Source: Utricularia gibba (taxonomy: Eukaryota > Plantae > Magnoliophyta). From it: 64,000 nt of DNA. Made by a program: the position numbers and the translations under genes. Shown piece by piece: positions 35,309-48,161 of the stretch. The first letter of the stretch is position 1, and each line of letters begins with the position of its first letter. The notes beneath the pieces are model-generated. The model worked only from the letters and a program-made list of their open reading frames with translations, did not search any database and was not told the DNA's origin. Where the stretch lies: NCBI GenBank assembly GCA_002189035.1, contig NEEC01000007.1, positions 1,178,001 through 1,242,000 on the forward strand, written 5' to 3'.

Positions 35309-38300
35309 CTAGCTGCTCAAGGAAGACAGCATACCACCAGTAGCAGTAGGAATAACAACCTCCCATCCTGGTCCTTTGAGAGGAAAACTTGGCTTAATAT
35401 CACCACTCTTCTCTTCAGAAACAACCAGATCGCTGCGGTTCAAAACCCTCTCCAAGTCTTCATCACTAATATCAGTCTGGATCCACTTATCTTCTTCGGT
35501 GTCTTCATCACGAAGAAGCGCTAGCAATTCCTCTTCCTGGTATGTTATTATTTATGGATGTTCATAACTCACACCATAGAACAGAACAAATGCTTTGAAA
35601 GGAATGTCTAAAACATCATAGCTACTAAGTATGCATGCGCTTGCTGATTCAATGAATACGTGTGCTCAATGTAGAAGATAGAAGAGGTGAGAGAGCCAAC
35701 CGTCATGATTTCATCAGCATTCGCCCTCTCCTGCTTAAAGTGTCCCTTTGCGATCACAACGTGTTCAAGTTTCAACTTGCTGAATGCTCTTTTCAGTATC
35801 CGGCCCTGAGAAGAATATGAAAATGAAATAACATTAATGAAGAAAAAAAATAGAGGCGCATTGCCATATGAAAATAACAGGAACAATGTAGGCACCTCAA
35901 TAGACTGAGCAGTAGCTAGCCGATAAACATGGACAGGTTTTGTCTGCCCTATCCGGTGACACCGGTCCATCGCTTGTAAATCCATTTGAGGATTCTGTAA
36001 GCAGGCAAGAAATCAATAGACCAGTCTCCAAACAATTAAAAAGAATGAAAAAGCTCATGGTTTGGAGATGGCACCCAATCACTGTCGTACAGAATGCAGG
36101 TATCAGCAGCAGTGAGGTTAATACCCAAACCACCAGCCCTTGTGCTGAGGAGGAAGATTCTATAATTGCTGTTTATATCATTAAATTCTTGAATCTGCCC
36201 ATGATTTCAAGGCTCACATGAGAAGAAAGAAACCAACACGAAACCAAAATTATTCAAGGTGTCTAGAAATATGCGCTTTTGTGCCGCACAGATGGCAGTA
36301 AAAGTAAAAGAACAGGGATATGAAGCACCTGGCACATGATAATTTAGGGAAGGAGAATTAGGCAATTTAAAAAAGGAAATAACTTCTGGTGCTCCCATAC
36401 ATAGTGATAAAAAAATGGAACCAAGCGAAATTAAGGCAAGACCTGTTTTTTTCGATCTGCTAATTTCACATTGCCATCAATTCGGCAGAATTCTAGTCCC
36501 TTTTCACTGAAATAATACTCCATTATGTCCAAGACCTTGGTCCACTGAGAAAATATCAGAACCTGCCATCCCATTAAGTGTCACAAATAAAATAAAGTAC
36601 CAGATATCCCACTTTTGAGTTGGTCAACACTTTGTTAGAGAAAAAAAATAGCAGTACTCTGTGCTTAAGGGGGATAAGCTTAGTCAATAATCTGTCCAGT
36701 AATTGGAATTTTCCGCACTGTTCAACTATCTGCTCCGCAGGAGGATAAAAGTCTGCAATTAAGAGATGGTGGAAGGTTAAGAAAACATTTCGTTGTCATT
36801 CCGCAATTTATTGGTGCAAGGAACTTACAAGAACTATCAAAAGCTGATTCCAAAAGATCAGGATGGTTGCAGTTCTTTCGCAGCTGTATCATCAAATTAT
36901 TTAGCCTTCCCTTCATTCCATGAACTGCATTCATAGATCACGTTTCAGTGAAACGCGAAATGTGAGCGTCTTCATGAAATGGAAGTAGCAAGAAAAAACC
37001 ATAAAAAAACTATCCAGAAACGGAAAAATGATACCAATCTTTTTTTCCTCCAGAAGGTGATTCTCCAGTGTTTTATTGATTAGATGATCCTGGAAGTTCT
37101 TCTGATGCGCTGTTAATGTAGCATACAAGATAATCTCTTTCTTTTTAGGAAGCATTTGTTCAACATCTGATTTCATTCTACGCAGGAGAAATGGACGCAA
37201 TATCGCATGGAGCTTTGCCACTACCTGAGAGTTATGAAATAGTGATTGTAAGATCAGCAAAAAAATTTTATTTTTCTCTGGAGGAAAATCTCATAGTCTT
37301 ACCTGTGCCCTTCGGTTCTCTTCCAGCTCCTCCTTGATGGCTTCACTTGCACATTTCCCCGAAAAATTGAACCTGGAAAATAACGATAAAAAATACATGA
37401 AAATAAGAATTTAATCCTGGAGCAACCATGAGATTACATTTATTGCAATTACAAGGTTAAAGACACCTAGGTAAGCTGCAGCTCGAAGAATGGTTACAAT
37501 GCTAGTGACAACAATTAAATCTAGAAAAGAAAATGGCATGAAGTCCCAATACAGTACAACCTACCAAAATTCCCAACTTGTAATCAGGATAAAAATAAGC
37601 TGGAGTACTACTAATACATGATTACCAAACTTTAAGATAAATTACCATGACTCAAACTCTTCATGGGATGAAAAAATGTCTGGGAGAATGAAATTTAACA
37701 ATGACCAAAGCTCAGCTAAATTGTTTTGAAGGGGTGTGCCGGTAAGGAGAAGCTTATTCTCAACAGATAAGAATTTCAGCGCCTTCACCAATTTGCAATT
37801 CGAATCCTTCAGCCTATGCCCCTTAAAGAGAGCAAACATAAGTCAGTATTCGTTCACCTATATATTTACACATGGTTCATAAATAGCACAACAAAAGCTA
37901 AAAAAAATCTTGTATACCTCATCTACAACCAGGTACTTCCAATTGTAATGTCTCAATTGCCTTCTTGCATCATTAAGTGCAACTTCATATGAAGTAATGA
38001 CAATAGGGAATCTGGGTCCTATTGTCTTTGGCATGTGCTTCTTTGCAATCTCATCCCTATCCTTTTTGCTACCATGATAAATAATTGCATTCATGGAGGG
38101 AACAAACCTACCAAGTTTCAATCAAGGATCATCTCATACATGACATAAGTGCAAATAAAGACGTACATCAAAGAAAGGAAAGTGGCATTCATCGAAGTAA
38201 AGTAGTAAGAAAGAAAAGTACCGCTCTATTTCACTCATCCAATTTGATAGGGTGGAGAGAGGTGCTATAACTAGGTAAGGCCCATGAAGCCCATTTCCCT

Positions 38301-39591
38301 TCAGATGTGCAAGAAAAGCGATAGTTTGTATAGTTTTCCCTAGCCCCATTTGATCGGCAAGGATACCATTGAGCCCATTTTGCCACAATGAGATCATCCA
38401 TTTTAATCCTTTAATTTGATACGATTTCAACTTTCCACCAGTCAAAAGTGGCACCAGTTCATGCTGCTCCTTATCTGCCCTTTCTTCATCCGTAAGAGTT
38501 GAGTCTTCGGCAGAAACCCCATCTTTGCTTCTTGTAAGCATGGCTGCTACAGCTCTATTCGCCTTTCTCTATAAATTCAGATCAAGTTACATGATATACC
38601 ACATATATAATTGGGGCATAAATTTTCAGAAGCCATGAAAGACACCTAAGTAGATTAACAAAAAGATGATTCGGCCAAAAAAACAAGGATAATTGAGTGA
38701 ACAAAGAGAAGCAGAATATTACAGTGTTAAAGGTTCCAGCCTTTCTTTTGACACCACGCCGTTTCTTGCCTTCTTTATCTGCTTTCTCAGTAGTCTCGAC
38801 TTCAATCTATAAATTTAAAGACAAATTAATATCTTCTAATTCTGTTTTTGTTTATCAGCAATGAGACTTGAAACAAAGACAAGGCACAGCCATGGGCGAT
38901 CCGAAAATTCAGATAGAACCAGTACCATTGTAATATCATCCATCTTCTCCAAAAGAAACTCAGAGTAAAGTTGTGTCTGTGTTAAAAGCTCATCCAGTTT
39001 AGTGAACTGAAGATCATTCAATTTAGGCTCTTCTGCAACACCATTAGCCTCTTCTGACTCATCTTTCATTCGCTCTTCCATCAATTTATTTTCCTCCTCT
39101 TCCATCTTCTTTGTGATACAAGACAAATCATTTGTATTTTCTACAGAAACTTCAGGCTCCAATTTAACCCCAACGGTATCCTTACATTCCTGAGCATAAG
39201 GAACGCACCATAGAAAGCTCCATTACTCCATGAAATGTACAACGATTCACATGAACAGTTGACAACAAACACATATTAGGTTGTTTAGTTGAACCCCATT
39301 TTCTGTCCTCAAATCATCGGTCAACATCGTGAGATTCAATTAAAATAGCATATGTAATTCAGGATCACCAGCTCTATTACACGCCCTCACTAACTCCACA
39401 ACTTTCACATAATGAAAAATAGAAAAGAGTACATTACATTTAAAATAAAAACCTTTGCCTCTCCCATTCGAGTCCTCAAAAAGGTAGCTATCAACATGCA
39501 TAACGAAAGGCAACTACAGGCATACCTCATCCTCAAGAACCGATGTCGGAGAATCCACTGGAACCTCGCTTTTCTCCTCTTCTCCGGCCAT
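35309..39591 (-). CDS. DDM1: SNF2-family chromatin remodeller DDM1
   Basis: About 15 GT-AG exons with consistent phases. Motifs: [76 protein letters not shown]; DDM1-type C-terminus [19 protein letters not shown]. Confidence 0.96.
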
Positions 39592-40148
39592 GATATAGTA
39601 TCAGTAAACTGATCAAGAACCCCAACCGCAAACCAAATAAGAAAGAACATAAGAACTTAGCGTTAAACGAAGCAACACAACTAGGAAATCACAAAAAAAT
39701 GAAAGCTAAAAAATGCAGCCCTACCTGATATGGAAAACTGTTTACTTAAAGAATTACACCGCAGAAGAGAGCTGAGGAAGAAGATCGATGGATCGGAGCC
39801 GAGAGGAAGAAACCAGTAAAACTGCTCGTACCCAAGCAAACGTTTTTCGTTTTTTAAACCCCCAAAATCCTCGATATCCGTACGTGCATCCCTGGGCGGG
39901 AACCACAATCAGGTATATTACACTTGGGCCCAAACCTTCTGAGTTATTACAGTCAAGTCCACTCCCCAAATTAAAATAAAAATAAAATAAAAATACATGG
40001 GCTTCGGGAATATCTCTCAGCCCAATGGCTACAAAGGCCCAGTTAGGTGAAGCCCACTAAGACAGGTAAGTATGTTTTCTGGTATCCTTCCTGCCAGAAG
40101 GGAAGAGACAGCGAGCGAAGAATCCCCAATCGTGTGCCCTAATCAGAA
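39592..40148. promoter_or_regulatory. Shared divergent promoter region of DDM1 and NAA10
   Basis: 557 bp between ATGs, with clustered site II motifs (TGGGCC 39925, TGGGCT 39998, AGCCCA/GGCCCA at about 40019-40057). Confidence 0.6.
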
Positions 40149-40985
40149 ATGGTGTGCATTAGGAAGGCGACTTTGGAGGACTTGCTGGCGATGCAGGCCT
40201 GCAATTTGTTCTGCCTGCCCGAGAATTACCAGATGAAGTATTACTTTTACCACATCCTTTCGTGGCCGCAGCTTCTCTATGTCGCCGAGGATTACAACGG
40301 CAAGATTGTTGGTTACGTTTTAGCTAAAATGGAGGAGGAGTCTACTGAGTGTCATGGGCATATCACTTCTCTTGCTGTCCTCAGAACCCACCGTAAACTC
40401 GGCTTGGCCACGAAACTCATGACCGCCGCTCAGAACGCCATGGAACAGGTTCGTGGAGTGTCTTTATTTTCTTGTTCCGATTTTGGGGCTGCATATCCTG
40501 TGCTTATCAATAGGATTCCCTGAATCATAGAGCTCCTTAATGGAAAAAATTGAAGATGAAAACCGGGTCTAATTCAATGCTGAGTATTTCACTTTCAGTT
40601 CTTGTTGATGAGAATATATATTGTGGGCTCAGAGCTTGTGGATGCTAGTGGTGCTAGCAATTGAATTAGAGACATATCTGCTGTTAAACATATCGTTTTG
40701 GTTCTTAAACAGGTATATGGAGCGGAGTACGTCTCGCTGCATGTCAGGAAAAGCAACAGGGCTGCGTTTAATTTGTATACCGAAACACTGGGATACAAGA
40801 TCCATGATGTGGAGGCCAAGTATTATGCTGATGGAGAAGACGCTTACGATATGAGGAAGCAGTTGAAGGGCAAGAAGCAGCATCAGCACCACCACCATCA
40901 CCACCATCATCACGGTGGTGGATGCTGTATGCCTATAGCGAAACCTGATGAAAAGATTGCACCAGCAGAGGGCAAGGCCGAGTAA
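40149..40985 (+). CDS. NAA10: N-terminal acetyltransferase A catalytic subunit NAA10/ARD1
   Basis: Exons 40149-40448 and 40713-40985. Motifs: [43 protein letters not shown] and YYADGEDAY, followed by a His-rich tail. Confidence 0.97.
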
Positions 40986-41594
40986 TCTCAAATTTGAGCT
41001 CATTCTCCATTTGATATCAGTATAGAAGTCAAGATCAGTGCCGGCATCAAGTGACACCAAGATGAGTCGAACTGGTTGATCTGTCAAACGCTTCACTCAT
41101 CTGTTCCTCATTTTGTTGGAACATGGTTTTCCATTACATTGTGTGTGGTCCCTGGATTTATGCCATTGTTGTGTCTCTGTGTCTCTCAATTCAACTATTC
41201 ATGGGGAGTGCTTTAAGATTCCGGTATGCAGCATATGCTCCAACGATCATGCGAAAATTTCTACCAGTATTACACCGTTAGCTGCATTTGCTAACAAAAT
41301 TTACCAGTAAAAAGAAAACCATAGAACTTGGTTTGGGTTTTGGATTGGAATTTGCGGCGGCCCATATGCTAGAGCTCACGCCCATTTAACACCTGGGTTG
41401 CAAGCAACTTTCCTTTGGGCCCATTTAACGCCGGCAGCATAGTAGCGATCGGCTGATGTCCCCGAATTGTTTACCCTCAATTCCGGCAATTGCAGACCCC
41501 AAGCTGCCTTGATGATATTGATCAGAAACCTTGGATTCTGAATCTTTTTTCCCTTGTCTTTATTCTGCTGTTTTGCATTTATCGGTGAGTCGAT

Positions 41595-42627
41595 ATGAGA
41601 GATGATGATGCCCTACTGCCGGTATCCACGCCTACCTCATCGTCATTGTCAAATGGGATTCTTAAAAAGGAGGGTTCGCCGGATTCATCAATTTCTTCCA
41701 CCAGAATCCGGTACAAGTTCTGGGCTCTCGCCGCAATCTTGTTTCTAGCATTATGGTCCATGATCACCGGCACGGTTACACTGCGTTGGTCCGCAGGGGA
41801 TCTCAGCGGCCGTTTGGATGAGGAATATAAATTGCCGGTCGCCGAAGATCTCGACGTTCTTGTAATCCCTTGTTACTGTTTATTTCTTTGGATGGGGCTC
41901 AATTCAAATGATTAATTTCAACGTCGTGGGTGTGTAGGATTTGGAGGAGAGAGAGAAATTGGTGAAGCATATGTGGGATGTGTACACTAACAGCCACCGC
42001 CTGAGATTGACGGGTTTCTGGCGTGAAGCTTTTGTGGCTGCTTATGAGGATTTGACAAGTGATATTCCTGAGGTTCGGCAGGGAGCCATCACTGAGATTG
42101 CCAAAATGTCAATACGTGACGTCACGATAAACCCACCCCCTGTATATTCTTCACTCTCTTTGGTGAGTTCGTTTCTATCAAACTCTGCTCATAATGCTAA
42201 TTGAGTCCTGGGCTTTATCAAAACTTGATCTTGGCTGTGAGCTTCGGTTGTCCTACGTGTGTGATGTGTAGTTGTTTGATAACTTTGCGCATCCCTTGTT
42301 CATATAATAGAGAAAAAATTCAGCGTAAAACTTGATCAAATCTAGTTTATATATTGGATAGAAGAACTGGTCTGTTGTGTTGCTTCCATCTATTTTATAG
42401 TATCGCAGTAACTCTGGATCTAACCTTCCTTTCATGAAACAGTGATCTCTGAACTGAGGACTATGTTTGTTAGCCAGTTATGTGGTTGATCTATAGATTC
42501 TGTGATCATTTCTAATTGGGAATCTCTAATGTTGGAAACTACAAGGTATTCTGAACATGTTTTGTAGGGCCTTCAAACCATCCGTGATTCAAATCGTAAG
42601 CAACCCAAGAGAGGAACTAGGAAATGA
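41595..42627 (+). CDS. DUF1195 family single-pass membrane protein
   Basis: Exons 41595-41861, 41938-42162 and a probable last exon 42568-42627. Motifs: YKFWALAAILFLALWSM, DLDVL|DLEEREKLVKHMWDVY and FWREAFVAAYEDL. The last exon is less certain. Confidence 0.85.
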
Positions 42628-44760
42628 TTCCAAACTTGCTAATTCACCAGAGGAAAGCCAGGATTTTTGCAAGGTGCATCATCAAGGAGATGGACATCGC
42701 TGACCCCATACGGAAGTTGATGATAGGCATCTTCTGCAAGTCTTGTTGCTATTCCTTTGTACCTTTCGCCATTCTTTCTTTGCTTGGTGCACGCTGCTAA
42801 AGGGCAGGGGTAAATAACCATTAGTTATGTGAACCGACCTTCTCTTCTATAAGCTATCCTTCAGTTCACTTTCATGACAATGAACTTCAATATTGATGAT
42901 GATTACATTCTTTGAGCAGTTCCATTGCATCTTCGAATGCTTCAGTCCTCTGTCACTTTTCCAGCTTGTGTACACATTAGGCTTGAATGTTTCACTTCAA
43001 TATTACACTCTTTCGGTCTCAGAGGAGACTCAGTGGCAGCATCAGGCTTGAATGAATCCCTCTGGAGGCCCCATGCCCAATTTTTTGGTTTGATCCATCT
43101 GATCTACCTCTTAACAATGCAAACCAATGGAATTGGCTTCCCCAGGGTTCACACAACCCAAACCAACTACGGTTTCGGGTGTTTGATCCACAATAACAGG
43201 AGCCACTGAAGGAAGCTAGCCGCCACAATGTGAGCAACAGAGACTGAGGGTGGCCAGATGTCTGACATTTGGTGTCCACTTATGAGGAATATAAGTAGCT
43301 ATGAACCAGTGCCACGCCTTTAGAAGGTGGTAACATCCCATTAAACCGCAGCCATGGAAGTCATCTTATCCCTCTGGAATGAAGGAATCCCACATTGCTT
43401 GTACAGTAGCTGCTTACTGCTACTGCTCCTCCTGCTACTTGTGGCATGCGGGGCCCCGCAAATGTGCGGGTGCCATCATCATACCCATACCACATCAACG
43501 AAACAAAAGGGATCCTCCTACCATCAACCATATCATCATCTTGTCCACAAAAAAAACTAAATAAATAAATTAAAAGACAAGCTTTTTTCTAAAATCTGCT
43601 TTTGCTGATGCAAATGCAATGGCTGACACTCCTTTTTTTTAACCCGAATCCTGACAACAAAACGCTCCCTTGGCCTAGCTTTTGTGTTCCACAAGCTGCT
43701 ACTGTTAATTGGCTAAACAAAGGAGGAAATAAAGGTAGGCCATATATTTTTTTATATGAAAAATGATATTTTTATTCATTGTTTTCCATTACTCTTCGAA
43801 CGTGCATGAAGATGAGTTACGTCTGGGAGACGAGACAGAGCACCGAGTCGACACGGCATGATCCCCAAATGGAATCCTCATCCTTTTTCCACCCTCCATG
43901 CAGGTGGCTTGGACCATCCTTCCATTTCATTCGACGACCGAATCCCCGAGTTTAATAATCGGGTTTGGATACCAAATCGATCTGGGCTCCGAGCTTGGTC
44001 GAATTTCAATTGAAAAAGCCCTAAACATCCATTCCATCCATTCACCTCCTGCTATCGGTTGAGGTGGAGGAAAATTGAGTGCGGGGAAAGTAAAGGGGGG
44101 CTTGGACAAAACCACGAGATAAGAAAGCTGGTAATGAATGGGAAAGGCGGAGGGAATCAGACACGATCAAAAGCGCCGGGCGTCTTTCGCTTTTCCGACT
44201 TTCCCATCCCATCCCATCCCCACCACCCTTCACTTACAAGCGTCCGACGCCTCAGCCCCTTGTCTGCGTCCTTGCAAAAATGTTTTGTTAATTAAAAAAA
44301 TACAATTTTAACATTATTTGTAGTTTAATTATTAATGAATGATAGTACCCATTTGTTTATTTTTTTTTTAGAAAAAAATGCACAATTTTAATGGATTTAA
44401 TTATTTAATTACAATTTAAATCATGTTCCAATCAAGTTGAAATGCAATTGAGGGTTCATTTTTTTTATTTTTTTAGAGAAATTTGAATTTAATTTAATTT
44501 AATTCTTATTATGAAATATTCATGATATAAATTGATTTAATTATAATTTTTAAATACTGGTCAACATCAATTTCGCATGCGTTGTGCTTGGTCAGGACGT
44601 TTTATTTTATTATTTTATTTCCAATTTACAAATTAATATAAATTTAAAATAAAAATAAAATACCAGAAAATTGTATTGCGTGTGGTGTTTTGGTTTTTTG
44701 TCCACCAGCTATTTCATCCCCCCCCCCCCATGATCTTGTATTTCTCCCACCACCCGAAGA

Positions 44761-46284
44761 ATGAAGGTGCCGTTCACCATAGAAACCCACACGCCCTCCA
44801 AAACCTCCCGGAACTGCGCCGGGGCAACCGGCGTCCCGGTAACCGACTCAATTCCCTCCGCCGCCTACGAGCCAAAATCCGTTCTTGATCTACGCGGCAG
44901 TCCCAGGTCCGCATCTGCGGAGCTTGTGGTTCCCGAACTGGGAGATAATCGTCATCCGGCTTCGCATGATATAATCAATCCCGACTCCCAGTTCGAAGAC
45001 TGGGATTCTTGGATGACAGAATTGGGATTGCACGACGAGGAAGACGACGATTTCCCTGCGTCTAACGCCCCAACAATCCCTCAAAGTTTGTGCCCAGATC
45101 CTCCTGATTTCCCTCCCCTGTATCCCGGACCGGAATTTGCGGTTCTACCAGACTTTCCGGCGTACACAGCGGCGCCTGCGGTTCCACCATGGAACGTGGG
45201 GTTGGAGTATGTCGACGAGCTGATTCGTTTTGCGGATTGCATCGAAACCAACAGTTTTCAATTGGGGCAACTGATACTGGCACGGCTCAATGAACGGCTA
45301 TCTTCTCCGGTGGGGAAACCTCTTCAGAGAGCAGCTTTTTATATGAAGGAGGCTCTTCAGTTGCTTCTTTCATCTACAACTCCGACCCACCGTAACGCTG
45401 CGGAAATCGTGCAAACTATTAAAGCCCACAAAATCTTCGCCGCCATGTCGCCGATTCCCCTGTTCGCCAGCTTCACCGCGAACCAAGCCGTGCTCGAGGC
45501 GATCGACGGTGCCAGGGATGTCCACGTCGTCGATTTCGATATCGGGTTCGGCGGCCAGTGGGCCTCGTTCATGAAAGAGATCGCTGAAATGCATATAGCT
45601 GGGGAGGCGCCGCCGTCACTTCGAATCTCCGCCATCGTTTCTGGGGAGTCCGAAATTGAATCAAATCTCGTGAGAGATAATCTAACGCAGTTTGCTAGGG
45701 AGGTCAACATCGATTTCCGCATCGATTTCATTCCAATTCCAAGCTTCCAGCGTTTATCCTTCAAAGCCCTCAAGTTCAACGACTGCGAGAAAGTCGCCGT
45801 CGTCTTATCTCCGGCCATATTCCGACAAATCGGTTCTACATTCCTAAACGATCTTCCCCACCTATCTCCTGCGGTGGTGGTGCACGTCGATATGGAGGGG
45901 CAATTTGGCCACACCACGTCATCCTTCCGGCAGGCTGTGATCACCGGCATCGAGTTTTACTCCGCGCTGTTGGAATCAATCGAAGCCGCGAACATGATCG
46001 GAGCACCCGGCTGGGATTGGATCAGAAAAATCGAAACTTTCGTACTGTATCCCAAAATCGTCCAAGGTGTGGAGGGCATCGGCCGCAATGGGACGAAGGC
46101 GAGGGAGACGCTTGCGGCCGCGGGGCTAAGGCCCATCGGAATCAGTCAATTCGCGGAGTTTCAGGCGGAGTGTTTGCTCAGAAAATTTGAGGTCAGAGGG
46201 TTTCAGGTGGTAAAGAGGCAGGGCGAAATGGTGATCTGCTGGCAGGAACGGGCGCTTGGAGCATTGTCGGCGTGGCGGTACTAA
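44761..46284 (+). CDS. SCL15: GRAS transcription factor, SCL15/HAM4-like (intronless)
   Basis: 507-aa ORF with YEPKSVLDL, DWDSWM, SPVGKPLQRAAFY, FTANQAVLE, VHVVDFDIGFGGQWASFM (VHIID motif) and terminal SAW. Confidence 0.92.
   Translation: MKVPFTIETHTPSKTSRNCAGATGVPVTDSIPSAAYEPKSVLDLRGSPRSASAELVVPELGDNRHPASHDIINPDSQFEDWDSWMTELGLHDEEDDDFPASNAPTIPQSLCPDPPDFPPLYPGPEFAVLPDFPAYTAAPAVPPWNVGLEYVDELIRFADCIETNSFQLGQLILARLNERLSSPVGKPLQRAAFYMKEALQLLLSSTTPTHRNAAEIVQTIKAHKIFAAMSPIPLFASFTANQAVLEAIDGARDVHVVDFDIGFGGQWASFMKEIAEMHIAGEAPPSLRISAIVSGESEIESNLVRDNLTQFAREVNIDFRIDFIPIPSFQRLSFKALKFNDCEKVAVVLSPAIFRQIGSTFLNDLPHLSPAVVVHVDMEGQFGHTTSSFRQAVITGIEFYSALLESIEAANMIGAPGWDWIRKIETFVLYPKIVQGVEGIGRNGTKARETLAAAGLRPIGISQFAEFQAECLLRKFEVRGFQVVKRQGEMVICWQERALGALSAWRY
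45273..45293 (+). promoter_or_regulatory. miR171/170-like complementary site within GRAS CDS (2 mismatches)
   Basis: GATACTGGCACGGCTCAATGA versus the perfect site GATATTGGCACGGCTCAATCA. It encodes the HAM-family ILARLN peptide. Confidence 0.75.
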
Positions 46285-46803
46285 TTAATCATGGATTAAG
46301 TGAATTTTAGTGGTTTTTAATTACGGATTAGGGCTGCAATGGCTCTGTGTTTCAGGTTAATTGTATGTAGTGGAACATGTAAAGTTGATTGTGATTAATT
46401 AAGTAAAGGAGTTTTCACAACAATTTTTGCATGCATTTTTTTTATATCATAATACAAAGCTTCTCATATATTTATATTTCTATTTAGTTTTTGGAAATTC
46501 ATTTCTATAAATATCATCGCAAAGTGTTTTTTTTTTTTTTGGAAAAAAAAGTCTAATTGAAAAAGGAATTGGGCTGTGCGTCTTAACTGGGCTGGGCAGC
46601 CGGAGCCTGCGAGTTTTTCAATATGCTATTTTAAATAAATATTGGGAAAAAATTGTAAGAGGAACGACGCCGTTTTGGTTTGGCTAATCCTCCAATCGGG
46701 AACTATTTTCCTCAGTCCGCGGCGGCGGATCGCTATCGCTATCTAGATCGCTAACGGTCGCCGGTGAAAGAAAATTGTGGCATTTTTCAGAAGAAGCGAG
46801 TTG

Positions 46804-47825
46804 ATGGGAAAAGGTGGGGGCTGTGTGCCTAGCAAGAAAAGCAACCTGTATCTTAAAGATGAAGTAGTCGCCGGGCCTGTGGAAGAGAACGATCTGCCGG
46901 AATCAACGCCGGTTGTCGCCAGGGAAGACTCCGCAAACGAAGCTGTTTCAGTCGCCCCATCTGAACCCTACCGGAATGTTAAACTATTGATTGTGTTCTA
47001 CTCGATGTACGGCCACGTAGAGGGCCTTGCGCGACGGATGAAGCGTGGGGCGGAGAGTGTCGACGGCGTCGAGGCCGTGCTTTACCGCGTTCCAGAAACT
47101 TTACCTGATGAGGTACTGGTGAAAATGCGAGCTGCCCAGATCGATGATTCGATCCCGGTGATCGGGTCGCCTGCGGAGTTGTTGAACGCCGATGGTTTTT
47201 TGTTTGGATTCCCTACGAGGTACGGATGTATGGCTGCACAGATGAAAGCATTCTTCGATTCAACTGGGCAGCTGTGGAAGGAGCAGAAGCTCGCAGGAAA
47301 ACCTGCCGGTTTTTTTGTCAGCACCGGGACTCAGGGCGGCGGCCAAGAAACCACTCTGTAAGTCAGTTTCATCATCCACATTATGATCAAATAGATTTAT
47401 CTCAGCCTTTAGAACACCAATGTAGGATGCAAGTAGCTAATGTACCTTTTTCTTGTAAAAGTGAAAGGAGCTGCAGTGTGCAGTTCCATATTGTCTTGCA
47501 TTCATCCTGTGCAGCCAGCCAGTGTGGTTAGAGATTAACTCAGAGGGAGTTTTAAGGTTGTTGGTTGAACCTGGATGCCTGGATGTCTGAATGCAGGTGG
47601 ACAGCAATCACACAGTTAGCGCATCATGGAATGCTCTTTGTCCCAATTGGGTACACATTTGGGGCTGGGATGTTCAAAATGGATTCCACTCGGGGAGGCT
47701 CCCCGTATGGCGCCGGCGTGTTCGCAGGTGATGGCACTAGAGAACCAAGCGACACTGAATTGGCTCTTGCTGAGCATCAAGGGAAGTACATGGCTGCCAT
47801 TGTCAAAAAGATGGCTCAGTGCTGA
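46804..47825 (+). CDS. Flavodoxin-like NAD(P)H:quinone oxidoreductase (FQR1-like, N-terminally acylated type)
   Basis: Exons 46804-47357 and 47597-47825. N-terminus MGKGGGC; motifs FYSMYGHV, FGFPTRYG, STGTQGGGQET and GGSPYGAG. Confidence 0.94.
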
Positions 47826-48161
47826 TCATCATTTGCTGTAGTCTGCTTCCTTATTCCCTTCATGACAAAAAGATGGTTATTGCATTCATGAACCTGTATC
47901 CACTATTTGATACAAAGCTCTGCCTGGAAAGAAAGAGTGTGGCACATAGATGCGTACCTGACGGTGTGCAGCTTTTGGGTAAAGTGACAACAATCCATAA
48001 AGCCAAAGTGAACCTCGCAAAAGAAGCTTTTGTCGTACAAAAAACACAAGGCTCCCCCTCCTCTCCTCACTTGCAACCAGGAGCTTTTTCTACTTATAAG
48101 ATTCTTCCCATTCTCAGCTCCTACTATCATCATCACTCACATCTTTAAGTTCATCATTACG

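Noticed and set aside
42849-43217. miR319-like pieces: AGCTTCCTTCAGT and an imperfect complement about 350 nt away
   Set aside because: Only 13-14 nt match, the arms are twice as far apart as in MIR319/159 precursors, and the mature sequence is absent. As a target site it has a bulge and too many mismatches.
43386-43397. USE-like AATCCCACATTG, a possible Pol III or telomerase-RNA promoter
   Set aside because: One mismatch to the USE, no TATA at either snRNA spacing, and no template or snRNA body downstream.
43400-43445. Minus-strand peptide SSRRSSSSKQLLY resembling the SAMDC conserved uORF
   Set aside because: Similarity is limited to a low-complexity Ser run. There is no start codon, the rest of the uORF (APLGYSIEDVRP) is absent, and no SAMDC ORF follows.
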